Source of the DNA: Lama glama | Lineage: Eukaryota | Length of the DNA stretch: 64,000 nt | Direction: 5' to 3' | Assembly (NCBI GenBank): GCA_028534125.1 | Contig: CM052816.1 | Location: forward strand, 63,676,001-63,740,000 | Part shown: positions 38,851 to 50,099 of the stretch, in pieces | Numbering within the stretch: the first letter of the stretch is position 1 | Layout: every line of letters begins with the position of its first letter | Notes under the pieces: generated by a model | The model's input: only the letters and a program-made list of their open reading frames with translations | Database searches by the model: none | What the model was told of the DNA's origin: nothing | Translations under genes and position numbers: made by a program

Positions 38851-39844
38851 TCCCACAGAGGTCAATCAGAAGTTCTAAAAGTCCTCAGATACTGGGCAGG
38901 GAAGGCAGACACAAATAGAGCAGGTTTCATTTTTGCTCCTTCCAGAGCACAATGTCTCAAGACCTTGAGAGTGGCACTAACAGCTGTCATTCTACCTAAA
39001 GTGTGAGATTGCTTCTAATTTAAGCTTTCTGCTTAATTGATTAACTTGGTTATTTCATAACTATTGAATGCCCACATTTAAGCTTCTAAATTATATGAAA
39101 ATTGTTACATTATACAATGTAAGGGTTTCTGTCCCCAACATTCAAGATCTAATGATGAGACAGGGCATTCATGGAATTTTTTATTTTTGAGAATGCTGCT
39201 TTTACATAAAGTCACTCTAGGACTTTGAAGATTTGAGAAGCATACAACAAAGAATTTGTTTTGTTGTTGTCTGGTGGAACTAATTAAATGCATGGATGGA
39301 CAAACAAGTCAAATCAGTATGCTCCTCTAATGCATCCAAGAAATCCCAAGAGATCTGTTTCTATTGATGTCTTAATTGCTATAAAATCACCCTCTCTCTC
39401 CCAGGGCTGGGTAAATAATAATCATAATACACACTTTTGGGGGCATATTGTGCTTAGACTTGTGACTCAGAATTCTTTTTTTTTTTTTTGGTATTCAGCA
39501 ATGAATTCATATTCATCTAAAATTATTGAAAAAATTAGTATTAAGAGGATACATTCTATGCCCGCTGTATTGCCTCTCCAAGAGACCCATGTAGGCAGGC
39601 ACCTGCACATTCCTTTCACATGGGAGGAGAAATGGGGGCTGATATAAAGATATACAAGACCAGCTAGATAGTTCCTTCCTGCATTCATTTATGGGGAGCA
39701 GGGTGGGTGAAAATTCTTCTGTAAATCAGGAAGCTCCATGCTTCAGTGTAACCACAGTGAGGCCTTTAGAGTAGAAAGTGAGGCTAGACTTAACACAGAT
39801 GTTGCAGGGGCATTTCTGCTGGCTGCTTTGCTTCAAACCAACTA

Positions 39845-40010
39845 AAGTAACCTCTCGGTGCCCCAGTTTCCTCACCTATAAAATGCCAATGATAACAGGA
39901 ACCTTTCTCCTCAGGTGGTCATAAGGACTAAATAAATATATGTAAAGTATTTCAAATACAACCTAGCTCATCATAAGCAGTTCAGTAAGTGTTAAGCTCC
40001 TATCATTATC
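39845..40010 (+). mobile_element. MIR fragment
   Basis: AACCTCTCGGTGCCCCAGTTTCCTCACCTATAAAATG. Confidence 0.75.
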
Positions 40011-40192
40011 ACCACCAGCATCTTTCTCATGTCTATCCTCCTGGGTATGAAAATAAATTGAGCTTTAATAAACATGACTCCATTAACTTGTACCCCAACA
40101 AACTGGCCTAAAGTGATGATTTCCAATAACTGACTTTTATAACTATTCACTAATTTTCCTGTGTACTTTTCCTAACAGTATTTCACAGAGAA

Positions 40193-40671
40193 GGTATTCT
40201 GGGTTGAATTGTGTCCTCAGAAAGATATGTTGAAGTCCTAACAACTTGTACCTCAGAATGTGATCTTATTTGAGAATAGGGTTACATTACATCACTGCAG
40301 ATGTAACTAGTTAAGATGAGGCCAAACTGGAGTAGGGTGGGCCCCTAATCCAATGTGACTGTCCTTGTAAGTGGAGGGAAATTTGGACATAGGGATGCAC
40401 AGAGGGAAGATGCTATGAAGACGACCATGTGATAATGATGGAGGCAGAGATTGGAATGATCCATCTCCGAGCCAAGAACACCAAGGATTATGGGCAAATA
40501 TCAGAAGCTGGAGGAAGCACAGGATGATTTTCTCTTACATGTTTCAGAGGTAACATGACCCTGCTGATACCTGATTTTGGATTTCTAGCCTCCAGAACTG
40601 TGAGACAATAAATTAGTTGTATTGAACCACATGTTTGTGGTACTTTATGATAGCCCTAGGAAACTAATATA
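40193..40671 (+). mobile_element. MaLR solo LTR (MLT1C-like)
   Basis: GGGTTGAATTGTGTCC...TCTAGCCTCCAGAACTGTGAGACAATAAA...GCCCTAGGAAACTAATATA; 5-bp TSD GAGAA (40188-40192 and 40672-40676). Confidence 0.9.
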
Positions 40672-43239
40672 GAGAAAGATGGAAAAAAATTACTGAGGAG
40701 ATAATAGATTTAACCAATCAATCAGGTCATTGGAAGCTTAGGATGATACTCAAATGCTCAAGTTGTCACTTCATTTTCTGACGGTTTTGACAAAATCCTA
40801 CCAATCTGATTTTTTTCCCCTCTCATTCTAATCTAATGCCAAGTTCTGCTATTTAGGGCAAGACTTTCCTCACCACTGTATTAGTGGTAGGCTATGAACA
40901 TACATTCTTTCTTATCAGACACTTTAACAAAACTTCTCAAATTTTGTGCTATATTCATGCGTTAATTTTTTTTCTTGCATCAAAACAAAGTGCCAAAGTA
41001 ACAGGCAGCCTTATTTAGACTGCCTAGAGTCACAACCACTCCTGCTCCTGCAGGTCTTTAGAAAAGAGGGGACATACCTGGTCTTGGCGGATTTCCCCTT
41101 CATGGTTCTTCCCTCTCCTCCTTTACCCAACTTCAATACCACTTGATTATTTTCAGCACAAAAGAAGCATCTTTGTACTGCAGGCATCAACTACATCCCC
41201 CAATACATTCATACACCTTAATTTTACCTAGTTTTTAAAACAGCTGTGGGGCACATATCATTTTTCAGGGCCAGTCTAATCTTTCTACACTTACCATCTC
41301 AGATCCAGGCTGGCCAGGTCAAGATTTGTTCTCAAATACTTTTCTTTTCTGATGACCTGGAAAATACTTCCAGAATTACCAGTAAGTCCTATTTTCACTT
41401 TGAACAAATAACCATACAAACCCAAAGTTTTATAGATGCCCAATCTGAAAGTAATAGAAGAGGCAAAGCTCACAAAACAATCTTTAACTCATTATCATGA
41501 GCTAATTTTCTCTTGACTCATGTTTATTACCTAAGTTCTATAGGATGATAAGGTTTTGTCCAAATCAGCGGGCACATTTTTTTTTTTTTTGGTGGTGGTT
41601 TTCATCGACTATTCCCAAAAACATTCTCCAAGAAAATTTATAGGAAAGTATTCTTCTTTTTACCTGTAAAAATGAGTGACGATTTTCCTCCTGATTCCAC
41701 TGTGCTATTTTACAATGTATATTAAATACAAAAGTAGCTTTAAAAATACACAGTATTGCTTTTCAGAGGTCTCAAGCAAGGGCATGAACAAGGGCATGAG
41801 CCTGTGCATCAAGAAAGATCCGGCTTTGTATATTTTTAAAAGGGAGCTGTTAGAATAGCTTTAGTTCCTTCTGCTCCTTGATTAAATCTTGATTAAAATC
41901 AGTGTTGCAGTTGTAGAATGGGAAGCAGTTGTCTCCTTCCTTTCCCTGCTGTAGGTAGTATCACTTGATTGCTTGAGACAGTTAACGGGTGCTTTGGTAG
42001 TAAAAGGACAGCAAGATTAATAGGCAGGCATTTCCATAGTAACAGCAAAGCACTCTGGGAGACAAAGCTACTTGGGGGCGGAGCTACACATGCCAGGATT
42101 TCTGCTCCCATGGCAACAGCAGACTGTGGGGTGGGGATGAACATGCTACAAAACTTAGCAAAGCTCCCTTCAGTGAAAACGATGTATAATCAGAGTTGTC
42201 AATCTATTTTAAAATTCGAAGTTAAATAAATCAAATTTGAGACTATAAGCTGATGCAAAACATTTAAAATACATTGTACATCCACTGAAAATTTCTGAGG
42301 TATAAGCACAAATCGTTTAAGAACTATCCAATTGTGACTACTTGTTAGTTTAAAAAAATCCAATTACCACAACTTTTGTCCCAGAGTAGTTGCAGAAAAT
42401 TACACAATTAGAGCAATTTTTCTCAGCTGCTCCACTATAGAAAGTGAAAGTAATTATACAAAAATAGTGTAAAATACTTTTCACAACTGCAAGTTAGATT
42501 TTTGCTTTCTTCAGAGGAAATTGTTTTTCTCTGTAGATAAACATCTCAACCAAAAGTTGAAGAGAGAAGTAAAAAGAGAAACCAATAGCTGAAAGAAAAA
42601 GAAAAGACAGAGCAAAAGGTAAGTGAAATACAAAAAGATTTGGAAGAAGCTGAAAAGAATTTAGAAAGACCTAAGAACCCAGCATTCCAATCAAAACAAG
42701 TAAAAGAAGTGTGACACAAAATCGTATTCCTCTCACTTTTATTAATGTCAGAGTTAAAGTTTCTGAAAGTCTTTCTGCCCTACACAAGATTATAATGTAT
42801 TCAGGTGACTCACCATCCATTTAGGAATAGGTATTATTTTTTTAACCAGGTCTTTTGAGTCAGATCCACATAGCCAGTGAAACAGAAGGTTGGAAATTAT
42901 CTGGTGAATTGGGGATAGGTTGATTACTCATCAATTATTCATCAAGTCCATTAAGGTAAGTCTGTATGTTTGTATCTGCTCTTTACTAAGAATACTTATT
43001 ACCTGGAAGTGTTTGCTGAGATTTTGCTCAGTGTTCACTATGAACTTGGAAAATAGATAGTTGTGTCAACCCAGTTCCTGGTCTCAGATGCCCGTGCTAA
43101 CTATGCCTTGTGCCTGGTAGGGTCTGGATGCCAAAATGCCACGTAAGCTTGAAGGATCTGGCCCCACTGTCTCAGAGAAGAGTAAGGCTTTGTTTTGATA
43201 AGCATCCAACATCCATATCCCACCTTGGGAAAAGAAGGT

Positions 43240-43790
43240 TTACTACCAGGGTCATGGATGGGATTGCTTGTTGAATATCAGCACCCCTAATCTGGGGGCT
43301 GTTTGCCTCCCCTGCCTTCCACACAGTTAGCATAACTGTGCTGGGACTCTGATTCTCTGTCTATAATTGACTGGTTAAGAATGGGTACCTAAAGTAGGAC
43401 TTGGCTAGTCAAAGCCATTACCTAGGATTTTGAGATTTGGGACTCAATGAGCTGAGTCAGTCTCTCACCAGCAACTAAAGCTGTTAAGATGTAAAACTCT
43501 GGAGCTATTAGTGACAATGTTTTTTGTTATGTGGATGAAACTTTCAGAAAAAGAATAAAGGGCAGCAGAGAAAAGCAGAAACAAGAAGTAGAGACTTGAC
43601 TTAGATGGTGTTCAACATTGCTGCCCCACCTAGTCCAGTTGTTTCTGAAGTCTGCAGAATCTGTATGTCCTGTGACTTGATGGTATCTGTCCAGTAAATC
43701 TCCCACTCCCTCCCTCCCCCTTTTTTTGGCTCAGACTCTTTTAAGCTGGGTTTCTACATCTTGCAGCTCAGATTCCTATCTAATTTAGCA
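43240..43790 (+). mobile_element. Old MaLR LTR (MLT1K/L-like)
   Basis: TGACTGGTTAAGAATGGGTAC...CTGGAGCTATT...CAGTAAATCTCC...GCTGGGTTTCT. Confidence 0.55.
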
Positions 43791-44189
43791 GCCTGTCCCC
43801 AAATCCTCTAAAAAATATGATAAGAGGAAGAAAAAGTGCAACTACCACTTAGATAGGAAACACATTATGGAAAATAAAGCAGTGGCACAAAAAGCAATTT
43901 CAGTTATGCTTTACTTGTAATTCAGTGGTTTGTGAGGAAAGAAAGAGGCTTAGAAGCCACTACAACTAGGAAATCATCAGAAGAAATAAGACCAGCTGGA
44001 GTAAAAATGCAGTAAAAATCTGAAGGTGGCATCTTTTTAAACTACCTGTAAAAGATAAGAATCTGAGTTAAAATCCTAGTATAGACTTTTTGGTTTATGC
44101 TGCCTATTATAGGATGTGCTAGGAAGGTTCTTTAAAATTTAAAGTAATATTTACACACTTAGGGACTAGTCTAAAATCCACATAGGAAG

Positions 44190-44745
44190 TCTTAAAATAG
44201 AAGAGAAAATGAAGGGGAGGCTATGAATCAAGATAATTTTCTGGACTGAAGGAGTTTCCAGATTGAACAGGGTCACTGAAAGCCTGTCACAATAGATGAA
44301 CATAGATCTTCACCAAGACTTATTACTGGAAAATTTAGAACACTGAGGACAAAGAGAGAACCTTAAGTAGCTCCATAGAGAAGAAAAAGAAACAGGTGAT
44401 ATACTAAGTGATAGGAAACAGAATTTCTTCCAAAATCTCAAAAGCAAGCCTGTTGGAGCAATGCCTGCAAAATTATTCCCAATTTAGAATTCCATATCCA
44501 GCCCGACGACCAATCGAATAGAAGTGTGAAACAAATACATCTTAGATATGCAAGGTCTCGAAAATGTTCCTACACATAGTTTCTAAGAAAACTTGATGAA
44601 GGTGTACCACCAAAAGAGAGAAGTAAACCATGAGAAAAGGCAAAGGGGAATAAGAAGACAAAGAGATCTGTAGAACTATGGGGAGTTGCAAGATGGCAGG
44701 CCTGCACCAGATTTAGGGGGCCACTAGTCCACATCAAAGCAGGTT
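44190..44745 (+). mobile_element. HAL1 (half-L1) ORF fragment
   Basis: AGTTTCCAGATTGAA; TAGAATTCCATATCCAGCC; ATGCAAGGTCTC; CACCAAAAGAGAGAAGTAAACCA. Confidence 0.7.
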
Positions 44746-44828
44746 TAAAAATTGGTTACTTTGGTTCTGTGTTCATAGCTACCCTTCCCTCCAGAGTAAA
44801 AGATAGGTATAGTGACGGACAGTAGAAC

Positions 44829-45333
44829 TCTTTTAGTTACTTACTGCTCTGACAGATTACCATAAATGTAGTGCTTTAAAACAACATACAATTATCTTAC
44901 ACTTTCTGTGGGTTAAGAGTTCAGGTACAGCTTTGTTGGGTACATTGCTCAGGGTCTCACAAAGTTGTAATCATGGTACTGGCTGGGGCTGGGTTCTTTT
45001 CTAGAGATCACTGTCCTAAATAGTTCTTAGAAGCCTATATGGTTGTTGACAGTTTTTAGTTTCTTGTGATAGTAGGACTAAAGTCTGATTTTCTTGCTGA
45101 TTGTCATCTGGGGCCACTCTGAGCTCTCAGAGGCCACGTAAGTTTCTTACCATGTGGCCCTCTCACAACATGGTGGCTTACTTCTTTGAGGCGTGCAGGA
45201 GACCCTCTTAGAAGAACTGGCTATCCCATCGTGTTTGCCATATTCTATTGAATAGAAGTCACAGGTTATGCCTACAGGGGACTGTATAAGGTAATGACTT
45301 AAGGGGGCATCACCTTAAGGTGTGTCTACCACA
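44829..45333 (-). mobile_element. MaLR solo LTR (MLT1E/F-like)
   Basis: TTACCATAAATGTAGTGCTTTAAAACAACA...GCTCAGGGTCTCACAAAG...TCTACCACA; 5-bp TSD AGAAC (44824-44828 and 45334-45338). Confidence 0.85.
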
Positions 45334-45519
45334 AGAACTATTAATTTAGCTGATGATACATACAATGATGATGGTACATGACTGAGATCAAGGGTTAAGG
45401 CAATTAAAGAGTATTTTCCAACATGAATGGTCACACTGAAGCCTGATCTAATCAATATATGGCAAGAAAGTTCAGATGACTGAAATCCAGGAGAAAAAAA
45501 TATACCTAATATGAAGAGT

Positions 45520-47605
45520 TACAAATTCTATTCTTTCACTGAATACTTTATCTGTGAGAATCACTATGTTGTTCAGTATATAGTAGTAGTAGTAGGTTAT
45601 TCTTTTATATTGCTGTATAGTATTCTATTGCGTGGCTCTACCACACTTATCTTTTACAGTTGATGGATGTTTACTTTGTTTTTAGGTTTTGGCTCTTATT
45701 AATATTGCTGCTATGAATCCCTCTGTGTGTGTTTCATTCTGCTTACTTACTTTTTAATCTAAGAGTAAGTTATCTGTTAGAAAACTTATAGTAGACATTT
45801 AATGGTGAAATATCAAAAGCTTCTACAAGATCAGGAATGAGATAAGGTTGTATAATATCACTTCTTTTAGACATCTTCCTAGAGACTGTAGTCAATACAA
45901 GTGCCTAGAAAAAAGATTTAAAGGTAAACTGATGAGAAGAGAAAATAAAACTGTCATTATTTTCAGACTATGTAATTTATATACATAAAATTCCAGATAA
46001 GCTCTTATAGTTAATAAAAAGATTTACTAAGGTCAATACATAAAAGCCATATTTATGCTGGTAAGAAATAATTAACAATTTTAATTAAAAATTACATAAT
46101 TTACATATAGCAAACTGAATCCAACAGTGCATTAAAAGGATCATACACCATGATCAAGTGGGATTTGCCTCATGGATGCAAGGATATTTTAATACCAGCA
46201 AATCAATGTGATACAGTACATTAACAAATTGAATAAAAACCATATGAACATCTCAATAGATGCAGAGAAAGTTTTTGATAAAATTCAAAATCCATTTATG
46301 ATTAAAAAAAAATCTCTCTGAAAAGTGGTCATAGAAAGAACACACCTCAACATAAGAAAGGCCATATATGGACAAACCCACAGCTAACAGCATACTCAAT
46401 ATTGAAAAGCTGAAAGCATTTCCTCTAAGATCAGAAACAAGATGAGGATGCCCACTTTTGCCACTTTTATTCAACATAGTTTTGGAAGTCCTAGCAACAG
46501 CATTCAGAAGAAAAAGGAATAGAAATCTGAACTGGAAAAGAAGAAGTAAAACTGTCACTGTTTGCAGATGACATGATACTATACACAGAGAATCCTAAGG
46601 ACACTACCAGAAAACTACTAGAGCACGAAGTTGGAGGACATATACTATCAGATTTCAAGACATATTATAAAAACAGTAATTAAGACAGCATGAGGATGGA
46701 CACAGAGACAAACAGAAGAGAGTATAGAGCTCAGAACTAGATCCACACATACACAGTCACTTGATTTAAGACAAAGGTGCCACTGCAATTCAGTGGGAGA
46801 AAAGAATGTCTTGGCAGCAAAAGATGTTGAGAAACTAGATGTTCATAGAGAGGAATATGTGAAAATCGACCTCTACCTCCTATGCACAAAAATTTGAGGG
46901 GATCACAAATTTGAGAGTGCAAGCCAAAACAAGCTTTTATAAGAAAACACGGGAGAACAGGCATTAGGTGTAGGCAAAGATTTCTTAGGACAAATGCATT
47001 AATCATGAAAGAAAAAAGTGGGTAAACTGGATTTCATTAAAATGTTCATAAAAAGTTTTTAACTTCTTTTCATCAAAAGGCATCTTAAAAAGACAAAAAA
47101 GCAAGCCAAAGAATACGAGAAGCTAATGAGTACATACATACAACAAGACCTGTTCCCAGAATATAAAAAGAGCTCCTATGAATAAGTGAGGAATAGACAG
47201 GTAATCCAACAGAAAAAGGAGAAAAGATTTGAATAAGCACTTCATAAAAGGGATACCTTAATGGCTAATGAGATAAGAAAAGCTGCTGAATATCATTACA
47301 AATGAAATGAAAACATAAAACCAAATGAAAAGCATAAAACTACTATGCATTTATCAGAGGTACTAAAACAAAACAAAGCAAAACAAAGCAACCAATAAGC
47401 AGACAGAAGAATCACTGACAGTTGAAGTATTGTTGAAGCTACAGAACGACTGAAACTTACATGCTTATAGTGAAGGTGTAAACTGCTACACACACTTGGA
47501 AACCTATTGGGCAGTATTTAATAAAACTGAATATATGCAAACGAAATGACACAGAAATTTCATGTATAGGAATAAACCCAACAAAAATTTCATATGCACA
47601 TGGAA
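45520..47605. mobile_element. Old L1M with an inverted 5' segment (3' part minus at 45520-45737; ORF2 part plus at 45780-47605)
   Basis: The plus segment runs from the RT region to ...AACCCAACAAAAATTTCATATGCAC. The reverse complement of the minus segment continues the L1 consensus from that point (TTCATAGCAGCAATATT...CATCCATCAAC). Confidence 0.75.
46105..46625 (+). mobile_element. Younger L1 ORF2 reverse-transcriptase fragment
   Basis: ATCATACACCATGATCAAGTGGGATT, ATCTCAATAGATGCAGAGAAAG, and CTGTCACTGTTTGCAGATGACATGATA (LSLFADDMI). Confidence 0.9.
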
Positions 47606-49721
47606 ATATTTTGAATTGAACTAATTGAGGGTTTGTTTTTAACCCATTAAATGAATAATCCACAGATCTAGTCCACAGTTCTTTTCTGTTGGAGCGTTTG
47701 TTACCCAAATGTTCCTCTCAGGAATAGACAGACTTTTCAGCTACAAAATACAAATTCCACTTCAGCCGTAGTTTTGGCTGAGAGTATAAAAAGACTGGGG
47801 ATACGCATCTGTCTTGGTTTGTTTCTAATGTTTTATTATAGGTCTAACAGCCGGAACGTAACTCAGAATTGGCATTAGAAAACATTGTGTAAAGACCACA
47901 GATTGATCACAGGAAGTGAACTTGGAAGTAGAGTAAAGCCTTCGTGGTTTGTGTGGGGGTCTTGTTGATGAAGGCTCAACGGCTGTGTGACTTGGGCTCA
48001 AATGCAACAACAATAGCAACAACAATTGCTGAAGGTTTGAGGATTCTGGCCAACTAAATTCAAGTTCTCCAACTGTTCGTGATCTGATTAGGAGAACAGC
48101 CCAACTAGGAAATACAAGGATAAATGTAAAAAATTAAAAGAATATAGAATGGCTCTGTTACTGACTAGTGAGGTTTCTTTGGAAATTGACAGCCCTTCAC
48201 TGTCTCAGAAGGGCTGGCAGAAGCAGTGTGAAAGGGACAGAGGAATGAATGCTATTTACCCATCGTCCCTCCTCTTCTCTTTATTTCCCTGTATTTGCAT
48301 GGCTGTTTTTTGCTTCCATGAGGGTATGTTCATATTCTGCAGTTTTACTTTTATGTTGCTTTTTTATTTCAAAAATACTCTTCTGCCTCAATTTGAGTAT
48401 TTGGCAAGAATATGAAGGCGGCAGATTTTACCCATTGCATTTAATGCCCACTTCCTCTTTTTCCTTTCAACCTTTACTTTGTACATTCTCTTATCTTGTA
48501 ATCCTCATTATCTTCATGCTTTCATTCACTTTTTTTTTCCCATGGAAATCTTTTTGTAGGAAAAGATTGAGATAAAGCAGATGAGATCCATTTCCACAAA
48601 CATGGAGATTTCCAGCTCCAGTGGTGTCCAGGTGGCAGAAATGGCACCATGAAATAAAGGGACTCTGGGTGAATTAACATTCATTCCTCCCCCTCACTGG
48701 GTGGTGTGAGTAAAGGGCCACGGACAGCCTGGTGTGTGTTAAGGGAAAACCTGGGAGGGGCCATGGCCTTTCCTTCTAACACTCACCTGCCGGGTGAGGC
48801 CGGCAGGGTGGCTATTAGCCTGCCCTACTCCCAGGTGTGTATGCACGTTTTGGCTTTTCTACCTTATTTGCAGCTTCCTAGATTCACTTCGGTCTTCAGG
48901 GCCTGAGCACTTTATTCTCTTGCTCCCTTCATAATCACGAAGTGCTCTGTTGTTTTAAACGTGGCTTTGATGCTGGTAGACACCATCTTCCCCTCCAAAT
49001 ATTTTCTCCTTCTGGGACTCTGGGGAGTAAACTTCCCATTCAGAACCGAGCTCCATGGTGGAGGATGTAGTGAAGTGGATTAGCAAGAACCTGCGGGGCC
49101 CTAAGTAACTACACTCCACTTCAAAGGCCATTTGCCCACCAAACCCTCCTTTTGCTCATGGCCTTGCATCTAAAGATTACGCTCCCCTAGAATATTCTGA
49201 AGTGGCTACTGAAGAATCTTGTGAAGTCAAGACACAAAAAGTCATTCTGTTCTCAGAAATGCCTACATTTATACTACTGAGAGTCTCGCACTTACATATT
49301 ATATCTCCGGCTCGCTATCCTGCTGATTTCAATCTGGTGGGACTGCCACATGTCTTTGTGCTCTGTACCGCACATGTGCATATGGTGCATGCTAAATATA
49401 AATGCTGTTTGGCAGGATCCTTTTTTTCTCTTCCTTTGTTTCTGAAAATGTAGTGAAGGAAATGTGTAATGTGTGCCCTCTCCAAAATGAGAGACTTTCA
49501 GAAAGTGGAATTATCTTGACAACAAGCCATGCATTTTACACTTCATTTTAGCATGTGGCAGTAGTGGCAGCAGTGACCGTCCACTGCTTTGTCTGGTCAG
49601 ACCAGGGCTGCTGAGGGTCAAACTGACTCTTCGACAGAGGTCAAGCAGCTTCCTGCATTGCTGAACCCGTTGAGCTTCCATGGGATGGTTTTCAGATCCT
49701 GCCAGTCCCTCCCTCTACTCG

Positions 49722-50099
49722 TGTACTGGTCAGATTAGGTCAGTTTATGCTGTACTAACAAACAACACAATATGTCTTTATTTCCTATTCATGCTACATG
49801 TCCAGTGTCAGCTGGCAGAGAGCCAATGCTCATCATAGTCACCCAGGCTCAGGCTGATGGAGGCTCTGTCTCAAAATGTGTCCCCACCATCATTGCAGTC
49901 CTGGGGCAGGAATGTGGCCAGTCACCCTCTGGCTGTGAGAGTCTCCTGAAAGTGTCACTCCTGCCCTCACTTTATCAGACAGAGCAAGCCCCAGGCTATG
50001 CCTGACTTCAGAGAAGAGCAGGGATGTGTTATCCCACAGGTGCCTGAAAGGCAGAGAGCTGTAAGTATTTTGCTACTGGCACTGATCACCACCACCACA
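49722..50099 (-). mobile_element. MaLR LTR (MLT1J-like)
   Basis: TTATGCTGTACTAACAAACAAC...CAGGCTGATGGAGGCTCTG...ACCACA. Confidence 0.7.

Larger units (their letters stand above)
30544..48137 (+). pseudogene. Candidate multi-exon unitary pseudogene of an unrecognised protein
   Basis: Exon-like segments outside recognisable repeats, with internal exons bounded by AG/GT: 30544-30564, 30680-30804, 31278-31347, 31769-31976, 33121-33304, 36744-36834, 41303-41381, 41767-41827, 42537-about 42700, 42850-42955, 43926-44025, 47842-48137. Most junctions join in compatible phase if two 1-nt frameshifts are assumed; there are many in-frame stops. Manual reconstruction. Confidence 0.5.
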
